From a virus (lineage: Duplodnaviria > Heunggongvirae > Uroviricota > Caudoviricetes): a stretch of 39,452 nucleotides of DNA. A program made the position numbers and the translations under genes. The stretch covers positions 1 through 39,452 of the IMG/VR virus record IMGVR_UViG_3300021438_000001. One strand, given 5' to 3'. The notes beneath the pieces are model-generated. The model was given only the letters and a program-made list of their open reading frames with translations, did not search any database and was not told where the DNA came from. Of the stretch, positions 1-9,157 are shown piece after piece. Each line of letters begins with the position of its first letter. Within the stretch, counting starts at the first letter, position 1.

Positions 1-117
1 GTAGGCGCAATGGATGTGCGTCATCTGCTCCCTAATCATCTGCCAGTCGTTTTTCCAGTCTCCGAGGGCAACTTCATTGAGGCGCTGGTGAAGTTCGACA
101 TCTGCTTCAGCATGTAA
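1..117 (+). CDS. 3' end of a tail completion/terminator-like protein (partial, runs off the left edge)
   Basis: Open frame VGAMDVRHLLPNHLPVVFPVSEGNFIEALVKFDICFSM*. Its TAA overlaps the ATG of the next gene (TAATG). Product is inferred from position in the head-tail joining region. Confidence 0.5.
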   Translation, partial: VGAMDVRHLLPNHLPVVFPVSEGNFIEALVKFDICFSM

Positions 118-587
118 TGGCAATTACGGTCGAAGGCATTGATGAGCTGAAATACCTGCTCCAACAGAGCGGGGATAAAGCAGTTCGCGGCGTTTTGAAC
201 CAGATGCGCCAGGAAGCAAAAGACATTCAAGAGCTGGCGATTAAGATGGCTCCACTCGACCACGGCAACTTGGAAGAGGCAATAAAGGTTCGAGACAACG
301 CCGGCGGCCGGACTTCTTTGGGTCAATTCGCACGAAAAACCGTCGAGGTCTATGTAGACACCGAAATGGAAATCCCCGAGCGTCCAGGCAAATTCATCTC
401 CGACTACGCTTGGGAGATGCACCAACACCTGACTCCATACGGTTTTCTGCGCCTGGGTAAGAAATCCCAAGCGAAACAGCACGGTCAGGAAGAGATTGTC
501 GGCGGTGGTTTCTTGGAGCGCGCCGTGGATAAAGTGAGCGACCGGATGATGGACCGTTTGATTGCCGTGGCAAAGTCAGTCCTGTAG
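117..587 (+). CDS. HK97 gp10-like tail-component (neck) protein
   Basis: 156 aa. N-terminal ITVEGIDEL and APLDHGNLEEAI resemble the gp10 pattern (APVDTGxLxxSI); C-terminal GGGFLERAV. Lies before the tail tube gene. Confidence 0.75.
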   Translation: MAITVEGIDELKYLLQQSGDKAVRGVLNQMRQEAKDIQELAIKMAPLDHGNLEEAIKVRDNAGGRTSLGQFARKTVEVYVDTEMEIPERPGKFISDYAWEMHQHLTPYGFLRLGKKSQAKQHGQEEIVGGGFLERAVDKVSDRMMDRLIAVAKSVL

Positions 588-590
588 TAC

Positions 591-619
591 TGGACTTTTC
601 AATCATTTTGTGATATAGT
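591..619 (+). promoter_or_regulatory. sigma70-like promoter for the tail tube gene
   Basis: TGGACT (591-596), 17 bp, then TG-n-TATAGT (extended -10; hexamer 614-619). Confidence 0.5.
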
Positions 620-635
620 CGCCGCTACGCGAGTA

Positions 636-649
636 AGTCACGCCTGATT
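636..649. promoter_or_regulatory. palindromic operator (AGTCA-N4-TGACT family)
   Basis: AGTCA CGCC TGATT (1 mismatch), within the longer inverted repeat GAGTAAGTCA…TGATTTACTC (631-654). Confidence 0.75.
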
Positions 650-680
650 TACTCAATACCCCTTTGCAAAGGAGCTTTGA

Positions 681-1559
681 ATGGCATCTAGTACAAAAAA
701 CGTGAAACTTGGCGTCTGCCAAGTGTTCTTCGACGGCGTTGATCTGGGCTACACCCAGGGCGGCGTTGAAGTGCAAGTGAAAACTGACACCCATAAAGTG
801 AACGTCGATCAGTTCGGTAAGACCACGATCAACGAATACATCATGGGCCGTGACGTGATGGCGAAGGTTCCCCTCGCTGAAACCACGCTCGAAAACATGG
901 TCGCAATCATGCCTGGCGCTACTCTGACGACTGTCGGCGGTGCTGTGGCCTCTGGCTCGATCACTGTGGCTACCAACCCGTCTACCAACGACACGATCGT
1001 GGTGAACGGCAAGACCATCACTTTCAAGACCCAAGCTGCTATGGCTGACGAAGTGACCATCGGCGCAAACGCTGCTGGCACCGCCGCCAACCTCGCTGCC
1101 GCTCTCAACGCTTCGACTGACCCTGCTGTCGCCGCCGCTACTTACGCCGTTGCTGGCGCTGTGGTGTCTGTGACTTACGGCTCTGCTCTGATCGGTGGCG
1201 GCAATGGCGTGAAGGGCGTGGAAGGCAATGCTTTCGCTCTCGGCGCTGGCACTGCTGGTTCGAAAGTCACTCTGTCTGGCGCAACTCTGTCTGGCGGCTC
1301 TGAACCCACCAGCAAGTTCGTGACCGTGACTAACGGCGTGGGCACCGACCTCTTGGCAATCGCTAAAGAGCTGCGTCTCCACCCAGTTGGCAAGGGCGCT
1401 GATGACAAGTCTGAAGACTTCTTCATCCCGCTGGCCGCTACGTCTGGTGCGCTCCAGTTTGCTTACAAGCTGGAAAACGAGCGTATCTACAACGTGGAGT
1501 TCAACGGCTATCCTGACTCTGCTCATGGCGGTCGTCTGTTCGCAGTCGGCGGTTATTAA
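681..1559 (+). CDS. major tail tube protein with an inserted Ala/Gly-rich surface domain
   Basis: 292 aa. N-terminal KLGVCQVFFDGVDLGYTQGGVEV and C-terminal FAYKLENERIYNVEFNGYPD are typical siphophage tube segments. Position upstream of the chaperones and tape measure; SD AAGGAG. Confidence 0.85.
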   Translation: MASSTKNVKLGVCQVFFDGVDLGYTQGGVEVQVKTDTHKVNVDQFGKTTINEYIMGRDVMAKVPLAETTLENMVAIMPGATLTTVGGAVASGSITVATNPSTNDTIVVNGKTITFKTQAAMADEVTIGANAAGTAANLAAALNASTDPAVAAATYAVAGAVVSVTYGSALIGGGNGVKGVEGNAFALGAGTAGSKVTLSGATLSGGSEPTSKFVTVTNGVGTDLLAIAKELRLHPVGKGADDKSEDFFIPLAATSGALQFAYKLENERIYNVEFNGYPDSAHGGRLFAVGGY

Positions 1560-1572
1560 GCCTACAAAAGTC

Positions 1573-1586
1573 TGTCACAACTGACA
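1573..1586. promoter_or_regulatory. palindromic operator variant
   Basis: TGTCA CAAC TGACA inside a perfect 11-bp inverted repeat (1567-1577 / 1582-1592); TAAAAT follows at 1596-1601. Confidence 0.55.
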
Positions 1587-1602
1587 GACTTTGTGTAAAA
1601 TG

Positions 1603-1628
1603 AAGCCTCGCCTCGTGCGGGGCTTTTT
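1603..1628 (+). terminator. Rho-independent terminator
   Basis: Stem AAGCCTCGC / GCGGGGCTT (one G-U pair), 5-nt loop, T-run; lies downstream of the tube gene. Confidence 0.7.
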
Positions 1629-1655
1629 CATTTGCAACAAAAAAAGGAGTAACGA

Positions 1656-1997
1656 ATGACCAAGATGCTTAACCTGAACCAACTGAGTGCCAAAGAAACT
1701 CGTGAGGTTCAGATTGGAGAACAGGTTTTCAAAATCAAGGAAATGTCTGTTGAGGACTTCGTTGAAACGACCCGTGTCGCTGAGGAGATGGAAAAAGAAG
1801 CAAGCTACGCAAAACAGATTCAAGCAACTGTGGGTCTGATCAAGCGAGCCATTCCTGAAATCAGCGACGAAGTGCTGATGGGCCTGTCTCTTGACCAACT
1901 GCGCGGCCTGACCGCTTTCATTCGCGGTGTGGATGCAGACACGATCATCAAAGCTGGCGAAGAGCAAAAAGCTGAGGACGCTGCGGGAAACGTGTAA
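1656..1997 (+). CDS. tail assembly chaperone (lambda G-like)
   Basis: 113 aa, between the tube and tape measure genes; SD AAGGAG; ends in the slippery heptamer G GGA AAC. Confidence 0.8.
   Translation: MTKMLNLNQLSAKETREVQIGEQVFKIKEMSVEDFVETTRVAEEMEKEASYAKQIQATVGLIKRAIPEISDEVLMGLSLDQLRGLTAFIRGVDADTIIKAGEEQKAEDAAGNV
1985..1991 (+). other. -1 programmed ribosomal frameshift site (G GGA AAC)
   Basis: X XXY YYZ heptamer in the correct phase. The -1 frame reads RVKGLPEREIDFGF… and continues to the stop at 2323. Confidence 0.8.
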
Positions 1998-2323
1998 AGG
2001 GCTTGCCAGAGCGGGAGATCGACTTCGGTTTCCTGTTTTGTCGAGTCAGTCATTTCTACTCCATGTCCTATTGGGACGTGATGAGAATGCCGATCAAGAC
2101 GTTCTGGATGATGAGTGAGAACGTGCGGCGCATTCAGGCTGAGAACGATATGCGTAGCGTGTCGGTCGCAGTGAACTCGCAAAGCTCGGAAGGGTTGCAG
2201 GAGTTCCACGAAAAGCTCGTGCTGGAAGTGGGAGACGTGGCGAAAGAACCAGTGGTTCCGGATGCTGTGCGTGACGAGGAGGGGTTCAATGAACTGAGGA
2301 TGCTGGCTGCGGCCATGATGTGA
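1991..2323 (+). CDS. tail assembly chaperone T segment (made as a G-T fusion, about 222 aa)
   Basis: In frame with the -1 shift. Contains FYSMSYWDVMRMPIKTFWMM, the typical gpT/GT helical pattern. The ORF track starts it at TTG 2003. Confidence 0.75.
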   Translation, partial: RVKGLPEREIDFGFLFCRVSHFYSMSYWDVMRMPIKTFWMMSENVRRIQAENDMRSVSVAVNSQSSEGLQEFHEKLVLEVGDVAKEPVVPDAVRDEEGFNELRMLAAAMM

Positions 2324-2342
2324 ACGGAAGAAGGGACTGAGA

Positions 2343-5300
2343 ATGATTGGCGGTGAAATCAAGGTCGTAATGACCCTGGACGACAACGACTTTTCGATCA
2401 AGACGACGAAAAATGGTCAGTTGCTGTCCGACCTGCGTCGGAACATCGAAACGACGAACGACACTGTTCGCTCGATGGAAAGCCGCTTCAAATCTCTCGG
2501 TGGCAACTTCCGTGACACCATCTTCACTCTCTCGTTGCTGCGCTTTGCGTTTGCCGACCTCAACGATGTGTTCCTTGCATTTCCAAAGGCAGTGATCAAG
2601 ACATCCGGCGAGATCGAGCGCCTGACCAAGCTGATGCAGGGTCTTAGCTCGGAGTCGGACGAACTCAAGCGCAAAGCAGAAGCCGCAGCAAACGTCCGCT
2701 TCGTGTTCAACTTGGCTCAGAACGCACCGTTCGAAGTCAAGGCTCTGACTGACGCATTCGTCAAGCTCAAGACCGCCGGCCTGGACCCCACAGACGGCAA
2801 GCTTCAAGCTCTGACCAACTCCATTGCGAAGTTCGGCGGCACCACTGACGTGATGCACCGCGCCTCTATTGCCATTCAACAGATGGCTGGTAAGGGCGTG
2901 ATCTCGATGGAAGAACTGCGTCAGCAGTTGGGTGAAGCTATGCCAAACGCCATGTCCCTCATGGCGCAAGGTCTGGGTCTGTCCATCGCTGATCTGAGCA
3001 AGAAAGTCGGCAAGGGCGTTGTGGACGCTCAACAGGGCCTGACCAAGATGCTCTTCCAAGCCGAAATGCAGAACGCCGGCTACGCGAAGGACATGATGGA
3101 CACTTGGACTGGTCAGATCGAAAAGTTGAAGACCAAGTGGGAGATGTTCAAGGTTGAGGTCGGCAAGTCTGGCGGTTTCGAGAACGCTCGTGCGGAGCTG
3201 AAGAAGATTCTCGACGCCTTCGACACCAAGGCTGCGGAGTCCTGGGCTAACAAGCTCGGCAACATCATCGCCCAACTGATCGAACTGTTCGGCAAGGCGG
3301 CAAAGTTCATCGCCGAGTACGCCGACGAGATCGGCGCAGCAGTGACGGCAATGCTGGTTACAAAGTTCGCGTCTCTGATCGCTCCGTTCCGTACCGGCAT
3401 GGACGGCATGATGGCGGCGTTCATGGAGGCTCGCGCAGCCTCGCGTGATCAACTCATTCAAGAGCAAGAAGACGCCAAGCGTCTGAGCGCAATCAAGGCT
3501 AACGAGCTTCGCGCTCGTGTGGCCTCCAACGAACAAGCAATCGTCTCGCTGAACAAGGCGAAAGCGGAACAGCACCTTGCGAACGTCAAGGAGCTTGAGA
3601 GCGAGATTCAACACAGCCAAAGCCTCATCGCGCTGCACCGCACTCGTTACGACGAGATGGCAGCACTGCAAGAGCAGTTCCTGATGCAGACGATGGCGAA
3701 AGAGGTTGAAGCCGAAGCCATGATGCGTCAGAAGAAGGCCGGCACTGCCGCTCTTGCTCGTGAGATGCAGGCAGAGGCAGACCGCTTCCGCAACAACGCC
3801 AACGTGGTCGGCAGCGCCGCTGCTACCCATGAGGCTGAGATCGAAGCTATCCAAAAGAGCATCACAGCCAAGCAACAGGCTATCGACGTTCAAAAGCGTT
3901 ACGCCCGCGAAGTCGATACCTCCACATTCACTATCCACGGTCAAAACGCCGCTCTGCTCAAACAGGCTGAAGCTGCCGAGATCGCTGCGATGGCTCAGAA
4001 CCGCGTTGCTGCGTCGGCTGGTTTGATGAATGGCGTCATGGGTGCGCTTGGCTTCGGTATCCGCGCCGTGTGGGAGTCCATCAAGGGCTTCACTATGTCG
4101 GTTGTGGCGATGGGTGTGCAGTTCGCCGCCGTGACCTTCGCTGTGGAAGCAGTGATCGGCATCTGGAACAAGATCGGTGAAGCTGCCCGCAAGTCTGCTG
4201 AACGTGTGCGTGACGCGCACAAAGCGATTGAAGACCTCAAGCGCGGTATCGCTGACGACGCCAGCGTGACAAAGATTGAAGCTGACCTTGCTATCAAACA
4301 GGCTCGCTTGACGACGCTTCTGATGCAAGGCGGTACTGACCGCGAGATCGAGTTCGACGGACAGAAGCGCAAGCGTAGCGAGTGGATTGCAACGCTGCGT
4401 AAAGAAGTGGGCGAAATGGAGACGCAGCTCTCCACCGCCAAGCAAGTCGCGCAACGCAACAACGTGGCGCGTCTGATCGACGGCATCAAAGCCGAAGTCG
4501 AGAACGTCAAGGATGACGTTGGCTCTGCTTTCCGTCAGCGTTACCTGCAAATCACTCAGGCCGAGAACGAGGCAATGCAACAGGCTGGCAATGACCAGAA
4601 GAAGCAGGCCGAAGTCATCAAGAAATACAACGCCGAGCGTGACCGCATCAACCGCGAGCAGATCGAGAGCGAGAAGTCGGCGATCACACGCCTGATGAGC
4701 GCCAAGCAAGAGACTCTGGAGCAAGCTCGCAAGGGTCAGCTCAAGATGACCGACGACGAGCGTAAGGCTCTCGAAATGGGCATCGTTGAGATGGACAAGA
4801 TGCGCCGCGACCTCGACGCGAAGTATCAGGCTGGCAAGATCGGCTTCACTCAGACGCTCGGCAACACAAAGGGCGAGAAGCGTGACCGTGACCCGCTCGC
4901 AGAACTGCTGCTGGCTCAAGAGGGCCAACTTGCCGCTGCTCGCGTGAAGCTGGAAGCGACTATTCAAGGTGTGCGTGACGTTGACACGTTGCGCCAAGAA
5001 GTCGCTCTGGAAATGCTCGGCAAGATCGCAAAAGGCGACTTTGGCCGCACAATCCACGACGAAAACGGCAAAGTCTCGCACATCCCGATTGCCAACAAAG
5101 CTCAGGCTGGCAAGTACGTCGCCGAACTTGAGGAATACCTCAAGAAAGGCAACACGGACATCGACGCCTTCATCAACAATCTGCAAGGTCTGGACGCGAA
5201 GGCTAAAGAAGCCATCAAGACCGTCATCCAACAAGCCGCTGAGATCAAAAATCTCGGTCAGGAGCAGAAGGTTGTCGAGGACATGCGCACCAAGGCGGCT

Positions 5301-6794
5301 GCCGCCAACGTCGAGCTGAATGCTTCGATGGAGCGCCTGGCTCAAGACGGCTACGCAAAGGTCGATACCGCAATCCTCACGCTCCAGAAAAACCTCGACA
5401 AAGAGGAGGCCAAGTACACCTCTGTCACGCAAAAGCTGGAAGCATACAAACGCGCTCGCATGGACTTGATGGCTTCGACCATCCAGACCTCTTCGAACAA
5501 CTGGCTGCTGGACGAGTCGGAAAAGCTGCGTAAGGCGCAAGACACCGCCTTCAACTTCAACGCCACCAAAGAGCAACAGGCTCAACGTCTGCACGACCGC
5601 GAGATGGATCGCATCAATGCCGAGTTCAACCTCCGCATGAAGGTGCTGAACGACGAGTACAACGCCTCCAAGAAGACCAAGGAAGACGAAGACAAGTTCA
5701 ACGCCGCACAATTGGCAGCGACAAACGCTCGTGCTAAAGCGGTTGAGCGCGTCTCCCTCGAAACTCAGAACGGCAGCAAGACCGAGCTGGAGCAACTGGC
5801 TGCCAACTGGAAAAAGACGACTGATCAGATCAATCATCTGACCGCAAGTTGGGCATCCACCTTCATCGACAACCTGGCTGCCGCCACAACTGGCGGTCAA
5901 GCTCAGTGGCGCAAGATGCTGGCTGACATGGCGATGCAGGTCTACAAAGTGTTCCTGCAAAAGCAGTTCGCTGACCCGCTGGCAGAAGCCCTGGGCAGCA
6001 TCGGCAAGCGTCTGATCACTCGCATCGAAAACCCTGTCGGCAAAGCTGTCGATAGCGCCGCTGAGAGCGCCGCCGGCAACGCCGTGAGCGAGTCCATGAA
6101 GAACCTGAAGTCCGCAACCAACGAAGCGGGCCAGGCAATCAACGACTTGAGCGACAACTCTCTCGTGCGTTGGGCACAACAGCTCTGGCAAGGCATCAAG
6201 AACATGCTGTTCGGCGAGACTGTGGAACAGACCAAGAACGCCACGACTGTGACTACAACCACGGCTCTCGGCTCTCTGACCGCTGCCGCTAGTGCTGCCG
6301 CGACAGCTTTGGCTGCCGTTGCGGTGTCTGGTGGCGTCAAGAGCTTCGGCAGCTTCGGCGGTGGCGCTGGTGGTACGCCCGTCAATGGCGACGCCGGCAT
6401 CAGCTCGATTCCGATGGACGTTGCAGCCAGCGGCGGCATCTCTGGCCCAAGCAGCCTTGTGCCGATCATGGGCAAGGGAATGCTGTCGATGAAGGCGTAT
6501 GCGAAGGGTGGCATCGCCAACTCTCCGCAAATCTCCCTGTTTGGCGAAGCTGGCCCAGAAGCCTACGTTCCGCTGCCAGATGGCCGCACCATCCCCGTGA
6601 CCATGAAGGGCACAAAGGGAGGTGGCGACACCAACGTCACGATCAGCATCGTGGTGCAGGGTGACGGCAACGGCAAGGTGACTGCTTCGGGCGACAACCC
6701 TGAGAGCTGGAAAGAGATGGCAAACAAGGTTCGTGACGTGGTGCGCGGCGAGCTGGTCAACCAACAACGTCCTGGCGGCTTGTTGGCTAAGTAA
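2343..6794 (+). CDS. tail tape measure protein
   Basis: 1483 aa, Ala/Lys/Glu-rich and helical. N-terminal tape-measure domain (AQNAPFEV…AIQQMAGKGVISMEELRQQLGEAMP) and lambda H-like C-terminus (YAKGG…GEAGPEAYVPLPDGR). At about 0.15 nm per residue this implies a tail of roughly 220 nm. Confidence 0.95.
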   Translation: MIGGEIKVVMTLDDNDFSIKTTKNGQLLSDLRRNIETTNDTVRSMESRFKSLGGNFRDTIFTLSLLRFAFADLNDVFLAFPKAVIKTSGEIERLTKLMQGLSSESDELKRKAEAAANVRFVFNLAQNAPFEVKALTDAFVKLKTAGLDPTDGKLQALTNSIAKFGGTTDVMHRASIAIQQMAGKGVISMEELRQQLGEAMPNAMSLMAQGLGLSIADLSKKVGKGVVDAQQGLTKMLFQAEMQNAGYAKDMMDTWTGQIEKLKTKWEMFKVEVGKSGGFENARAELKKILDAFDTKAAESWANKLGNIIAQLIELFGKAAKFIAEYADEIGAAVTAMLVTKFASLIAPFRTGMDGMMAAFMEARAASRDQLIQEQEDAKRLSAIKANELRARVASNEQAIVSLNKAKAEQHLANVKELESEIQHSQSLIALHRTRYDEMAALQEQFLMQTMAKEVEAEAMMRQKKAGTAALAREMQAEADRFRNNANVVGSAAATHEAEIEAIQKSITAKQQAIDVQKRYAREVDTSTFTIHGQNAALLKQAEAAEIAAMAQNRVAASAGLMNGVMGALGFGIRAVWESIKGFTMSVVAMGVQFAAVTFAVEAVIGIWNKIGEAARKSAERVRDAHKAIEDLKRGIADDASVTKIEADLAIKQARLTTLLMQGGTDREIEFDGQKRKRSEWIATLRKEVGEMETQLSTAKQVAQRNNVARLIDGIKAEVENVKDDVGSAFRQRYLQITQAENEAMQQAGNDQKKQAEVIKKYNAERDRINREQIESEKSAITRLMSAKQETLEQARKGQLKMTDDERKALEMGIVEMDKMRRDLDAKYQAGKIGFTQTLGNTKGEKRDRDPLAELLLAQEGQLAAARVKLEATIQGVRDVDTLRQEVALEMLGKIAKGDFGRTIHDENGKVSHIPIANKAQAGKYVAELEEYLKKGNTDIDAFINNLQGLDAKAKEAIKTVIQQAAEIKNLGQEQKVVEDMRTKAAAANVELNASMERLAQDGYAKVDTAILTLQKNLDKEEAKYTSVTQKLEAYKRARMDLMASTIQTSSNNWLLDESEKLRKAQDTAFNFNATKEQQAQRLHDREMDRINAEFNLRMKVLNDEYNASKKTKEDEDKFNAAQLAATNARAKAVERVSLETQNGSKTELEQLAANWKKTTDQINHLTASWASTFIDNLAAATTGGQAQWRKMLADMAMQVYKVFLQKQFADPLAEALGSIGKRLITRIENPVGKAVDSAAESAAGNAVSESMKNLKSATNEAGQAINDLSDNSLVRWAQQLWQGIKNMLFGETVEQTKNATTVTTTTALGSLTAAASAAATALAAVAVSGGVKSFGSFGGGAGGTPVNGDAGISSIPMDVAASGGISGPSSLVPIMGKGMLSMKAYAKGGIANSPQISLFGEAGPEAYVPLPDGRTIPVTMKGTKGGGDTNVTISIVVQGDGNGKVTASGDNPESWKEMANKVRDVVRGELVNQQRPGGLLAK

Positions 6795-6809
6795 CCGATG
6801 ACTTATAAT
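6790..6809 (+). promoter_or_regulatory. operator plus -10 box upstream of minor tail M
   Basis: AGTAA CCGA TGACT (6790-6803, 1 mismatch) immediately followed by TATAAT (6804-6809). Confidence 0.7.
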
Positions 6810-6816
6810 TCCAGCC

Positions 6817-7152
6817 ATGACTAAACCCGTTTTCACTTGGAACCCAGATGTCGGCTCGCAGCAAGACGTGAAGCCAAACGTGAACGTCACCAAGTTCGGC
6901 GACGGTTACGAGCTTCGCGTGGCTGCTGGCATCAACAACAAGCCCCAATCGTGGAGCCTGAAGTTCGAGCGCAACTACGACATCTGCAACGCCGTTGTCG
7001 CCTTTCTGAAGGCGCGTGGCGGGGTCGAGTCGTTCACATGGACAAATCCGCTTGGCGAGACAGGCACCTTCGTGTGTCGCTCGTACAAGACGCAGCAGAA
7101 CGTGGGAACGATGGAAGTGACCGCAACCTTCGAACAGGTCTTTGAATACTGA
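6817..7152 (+). CDS. minor tail protein M (distal tail)
   Basis: 111 aa. FTWNPD…KFGDGYELRVAAGINN…FLKARGGVESFTWTNP…ATFEQVF is the lambda gpM pattern. Confidence 0.9.
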   Translation: MTKPVFTWNPDVGSQQDVKPNVNVTKFGDGYELRVAAGINNKPQSWSLKFERNYDICNAVVAFLKARGGVESFTWTNPLGETGTFVCRSYKTQQNVGTMEVTATFEQVFEY

Positions 7153-7856
7153 TGAGCATCGCAGCAGAACTCCAATCGCTGTCGCCATCGGCACTGATCG
7201 AGCTGTACGTGCTTGACCTGAGCGGCCTGCCTAACGGTACGCCGCTGTACTTCCATGCCGGCACGAATGAGCTGCAACAGCCGGTCGTCTGGCAGGGTCA
7301 AGAGTACATGCCGCTGCCCATCGAAGCAGAGGGGTTCGAGCTGTCCACCAAGGGTGCGCTTCCTCGCCCCAAGGTGCGCGTTGCCAACATCAACGGCATG
7401 TTCTCGGCAGAGATCAGCAATTACGACGACTTGATTGGCTGCAAGGTCATCCGAAAGCGCACGTTCGCTCGGTACTTGGACGCAGTGAATTTCCCAGGCG
7501 GCGTCAATCCAGAGGCAGACCCAAACCAGCACCTCATTGATGACGTGTGGTTCGTGGAGCGAAAGCTGACGGAGAACCGCTACATCGTTGAGTGGGAGCT
7601 TGCATCGGCATTCGACCTTCAGGGTGTGATGCTGCCGGCTCGTCAAGTTATTCAAAACACTTGCGCCTGGCGCTATCGCAGCGCCGAGTGCGGCTGGAAT
7701 GGCTCGTACTACGATAAGAACGACCAACCATGCGGAGCAGAGAACGACTTCTGCGCCAAGCGACTCTCGTCGTGCAAGGCGCGCTTTCAGAACATGGGGA
7801 TGCCACTGCCCTACGGTGGCTTCCCTGGATCGGTACGAAATGACTCGAACAACTGA
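7152..7856 (+). CDS. minor tail protein L (tail tip hub, Fe-S Cys cluster)
   Basis: 234 aa. LIELYVLDLS…YMPLPIEAEGFE…RKRTFARYLDAVNF; C-terminal Cys set CAWRYRSAECG…CG…DFCAKRLSSCKARF; ends LPYGGFPG. Confidence 0.9.
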   Translation: MSIAAELQSLSPSALIELYVLDLSGLPNGTPLYFHAGTNELQQPVVWQGQEYMPLPIEAEGFELSTKGALPRPKVRVANINGMFSAEISNYDDLIGCKVIRKRTFARYLDAVNFPGGVNPEADPNQHLIDDVWFVERKLTENRYIVEWELASAFDLQGVMLPARQVIQNTCAWRYRSAECGWNGSYYDKNDQPCGAENDFCAKRLSSCKARFQNMGMPLPYGGFPGSVRNDSNN

Positions 7857-8577
7857 CCTTGAAGCCATCATGCAGCAGGAAGGCATGGCGAACTACCCCA
7901 ACGAAGCCTGTGGGCTGGTGGTGGGGGTCAATGGCCGTCAGCGCATCATCATCTGCAAGAATGTCGCGGACGACCCGCGCACGAACTTCCGCATCGACCC
8001 GCACGAGTACATTGAAGCTGCCAAAATTGGCGAGGTCATCGGCGTCTGGCATACCCATGTGGACGTGCCTGCAAATCCATCTGAGCAGGACGTAGCAGGC
8101 TGCAATGCTTCGCGTCTGCCGTGGTACATCATGGCAGTGTGGAACACCCCAGAAGGGTTTGACTGTACGCCGGTCGTAACGCTTCAGCCTCACGAGATCG
8201 ACACGTCCTACGAAGGGCGCACATACCTGTTCGGCGTCAGCGACTGCTACACCCTCGTGCGTGACTACTACCGCCGCGAGTTCCGCATCGTGCTTGGCGA
8301 ATACCCTCGCGTGGAACGCTTCTGGGAGAAGGGTTTGAACTTCTTCGCTGAAGGTTACGCAGAGCAGGGCTTTGATCTGCTGATCGACCAAGAGCCGCAA
8401 GTCGGCGACCTGTTCATCATGCAAGTCGCCTCGAACATCCCCAACCACATCGCCATCTACGTTGGCGACGACAAGATTCTTCACCACTGCCAGGGCCGCC
8501 TGTCGCGCACAGACGTTTACGGCGGCATGTGGGCCAAACACACATCGCATCATTTGCGCCACAAGGAGCGAGCATGA
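7840..8577 (+). CDS. tail assembly protein K (JAB/MPN + NlpC/P60)
   Basis: Start reassigned to ATG 7840. JAB motif EACG…WHTH…PSEQD; NlpC/P60 motif DCYTLVRDYY…HIAIY…ILHH. Confidence 0.9.
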   Translation: MTRTTDLEAIMQQEGMANYPNEACGLVVGVNGRQRIIICKNVADDPRTNFRIDPHEYIEAAKIGEVIGVWHTHVDVPANPSEQDVAGCNASRLPWYIMAVWNTPEGFDCTPVVTLQPHEIDTSYEGRTYLFGVSDCYTLVRDYYRREFRIVLGEYPRVERFWEKGLNFFAEGYAEQGFDLLIDQEPQVGDLFIMQVASNIPNHIAIYVGDDKILHHCQGRLSRTDVYGGMWAKHTSHHLRHKERA

Positions 8578-9152
8578 CCATGCAAGTGATTCTCGAAGGC
8601 GCAATGGGACAAGAGTTCGGTCGCGTGTGGGACTTGGAAGCCACATCGGTTCCAGAAGCCCTTCGCATCATCGACGCAAACAAGCCTGGCGTGTTCGCCT
8701 GGATTCGTAACTCGCTCAAGAGCTTTCCATACTACAAAGTGGTGTGCGAGTACGCAGACGGTCGAAAGGAAGACCTTGACAGCGATACGCTGTGGGTTGA
8801 GCGCATGCCGCAGACGGTCTACATCGTTCCCGTGATCGAGGGTGCGAGTGCTGGCGTTCGATTCGTGATTGGCGCCGTGCTGGCGTATGTGGGCTACTCG
8901 ATGGGCTGGACCGGCATCGGCATGGTTGTCGGCAACATCGGTGTGTCGCTCATGTTGGGTTCGGTTGTTGAGGCACTGACACCAAAGTCCAGCGGTAACG
9001 ACCCCGCAGCGCGAAAAGACAAGACCTCTTACTACTTCGATGGCCCCGTGAACACTTCCGTTCAGGGTGTGCCAGTGCCCCTGATCTACGGGCAAATCCG
9101 CGCCGGCTCCCATGCGATCTCGGCTTCCCTGACTATTGACCAACTCCTGTAA
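8574..9152 (+). CDS. tail assembly protein I
   Basis: Start reassigned to ATG 8574 (ATGA overlap). ILEGAMGQEFGR…SVPEALRII, a central Gly-rich hydrophobic stretch, and SYYFDGPVNT…GVPVPLIYG. Confidence 0.9.
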   Translation: MTMQVILEGAMGQEFGRVWDLEATSVPEALRIIDANKPGVFAWIRNSLKSFPYYKVVCEYADGRKEDLDSDTLWVERMPQTVYIVPVIEGASAGVRFVIGAVLAYVGYSMGWTGIGMVVGNIGVSLMLGSVVEALTPKSSGNDPAARKDKTSYYFDGPVNTSVQGVPVPLIYGQIRAGSHAISASLTIDQLL

Positions 9153-9157
9153 CGATC

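Noticed and set aside
603-1526. 307-aa antisense ORF over the tail tube gene, and similar long shadows at 10349-11572, 11579-12649, 14086-15042 and 28527-29498
   Set aside because: Same shadow-ORF explanation: all lie opposite well-supported + strand genes and show no motifs.
2286-6893. 1535-aa minus-strand ORF antisense to the tape measure gene
   Set aside because: It is in the same codon register as the sense gene. It stays open because the sense frame avoids TTA, CTA and TCA codons. The translation has no recognisable domain and there is no credible RBS, so it is treated as a shadow ORF.
7699-7839. Upstream extensions given by the ORF track (K from 7699, I from 8529, oxygenase from 16895, 18780, phoH from 25369, primase from 30061, HTH from 38283)
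   Set aside because: They overlap upstream genes or promoters extensively. Downstream starts with RBS or stop/start coupling, and better domain boundaries, are preferred.
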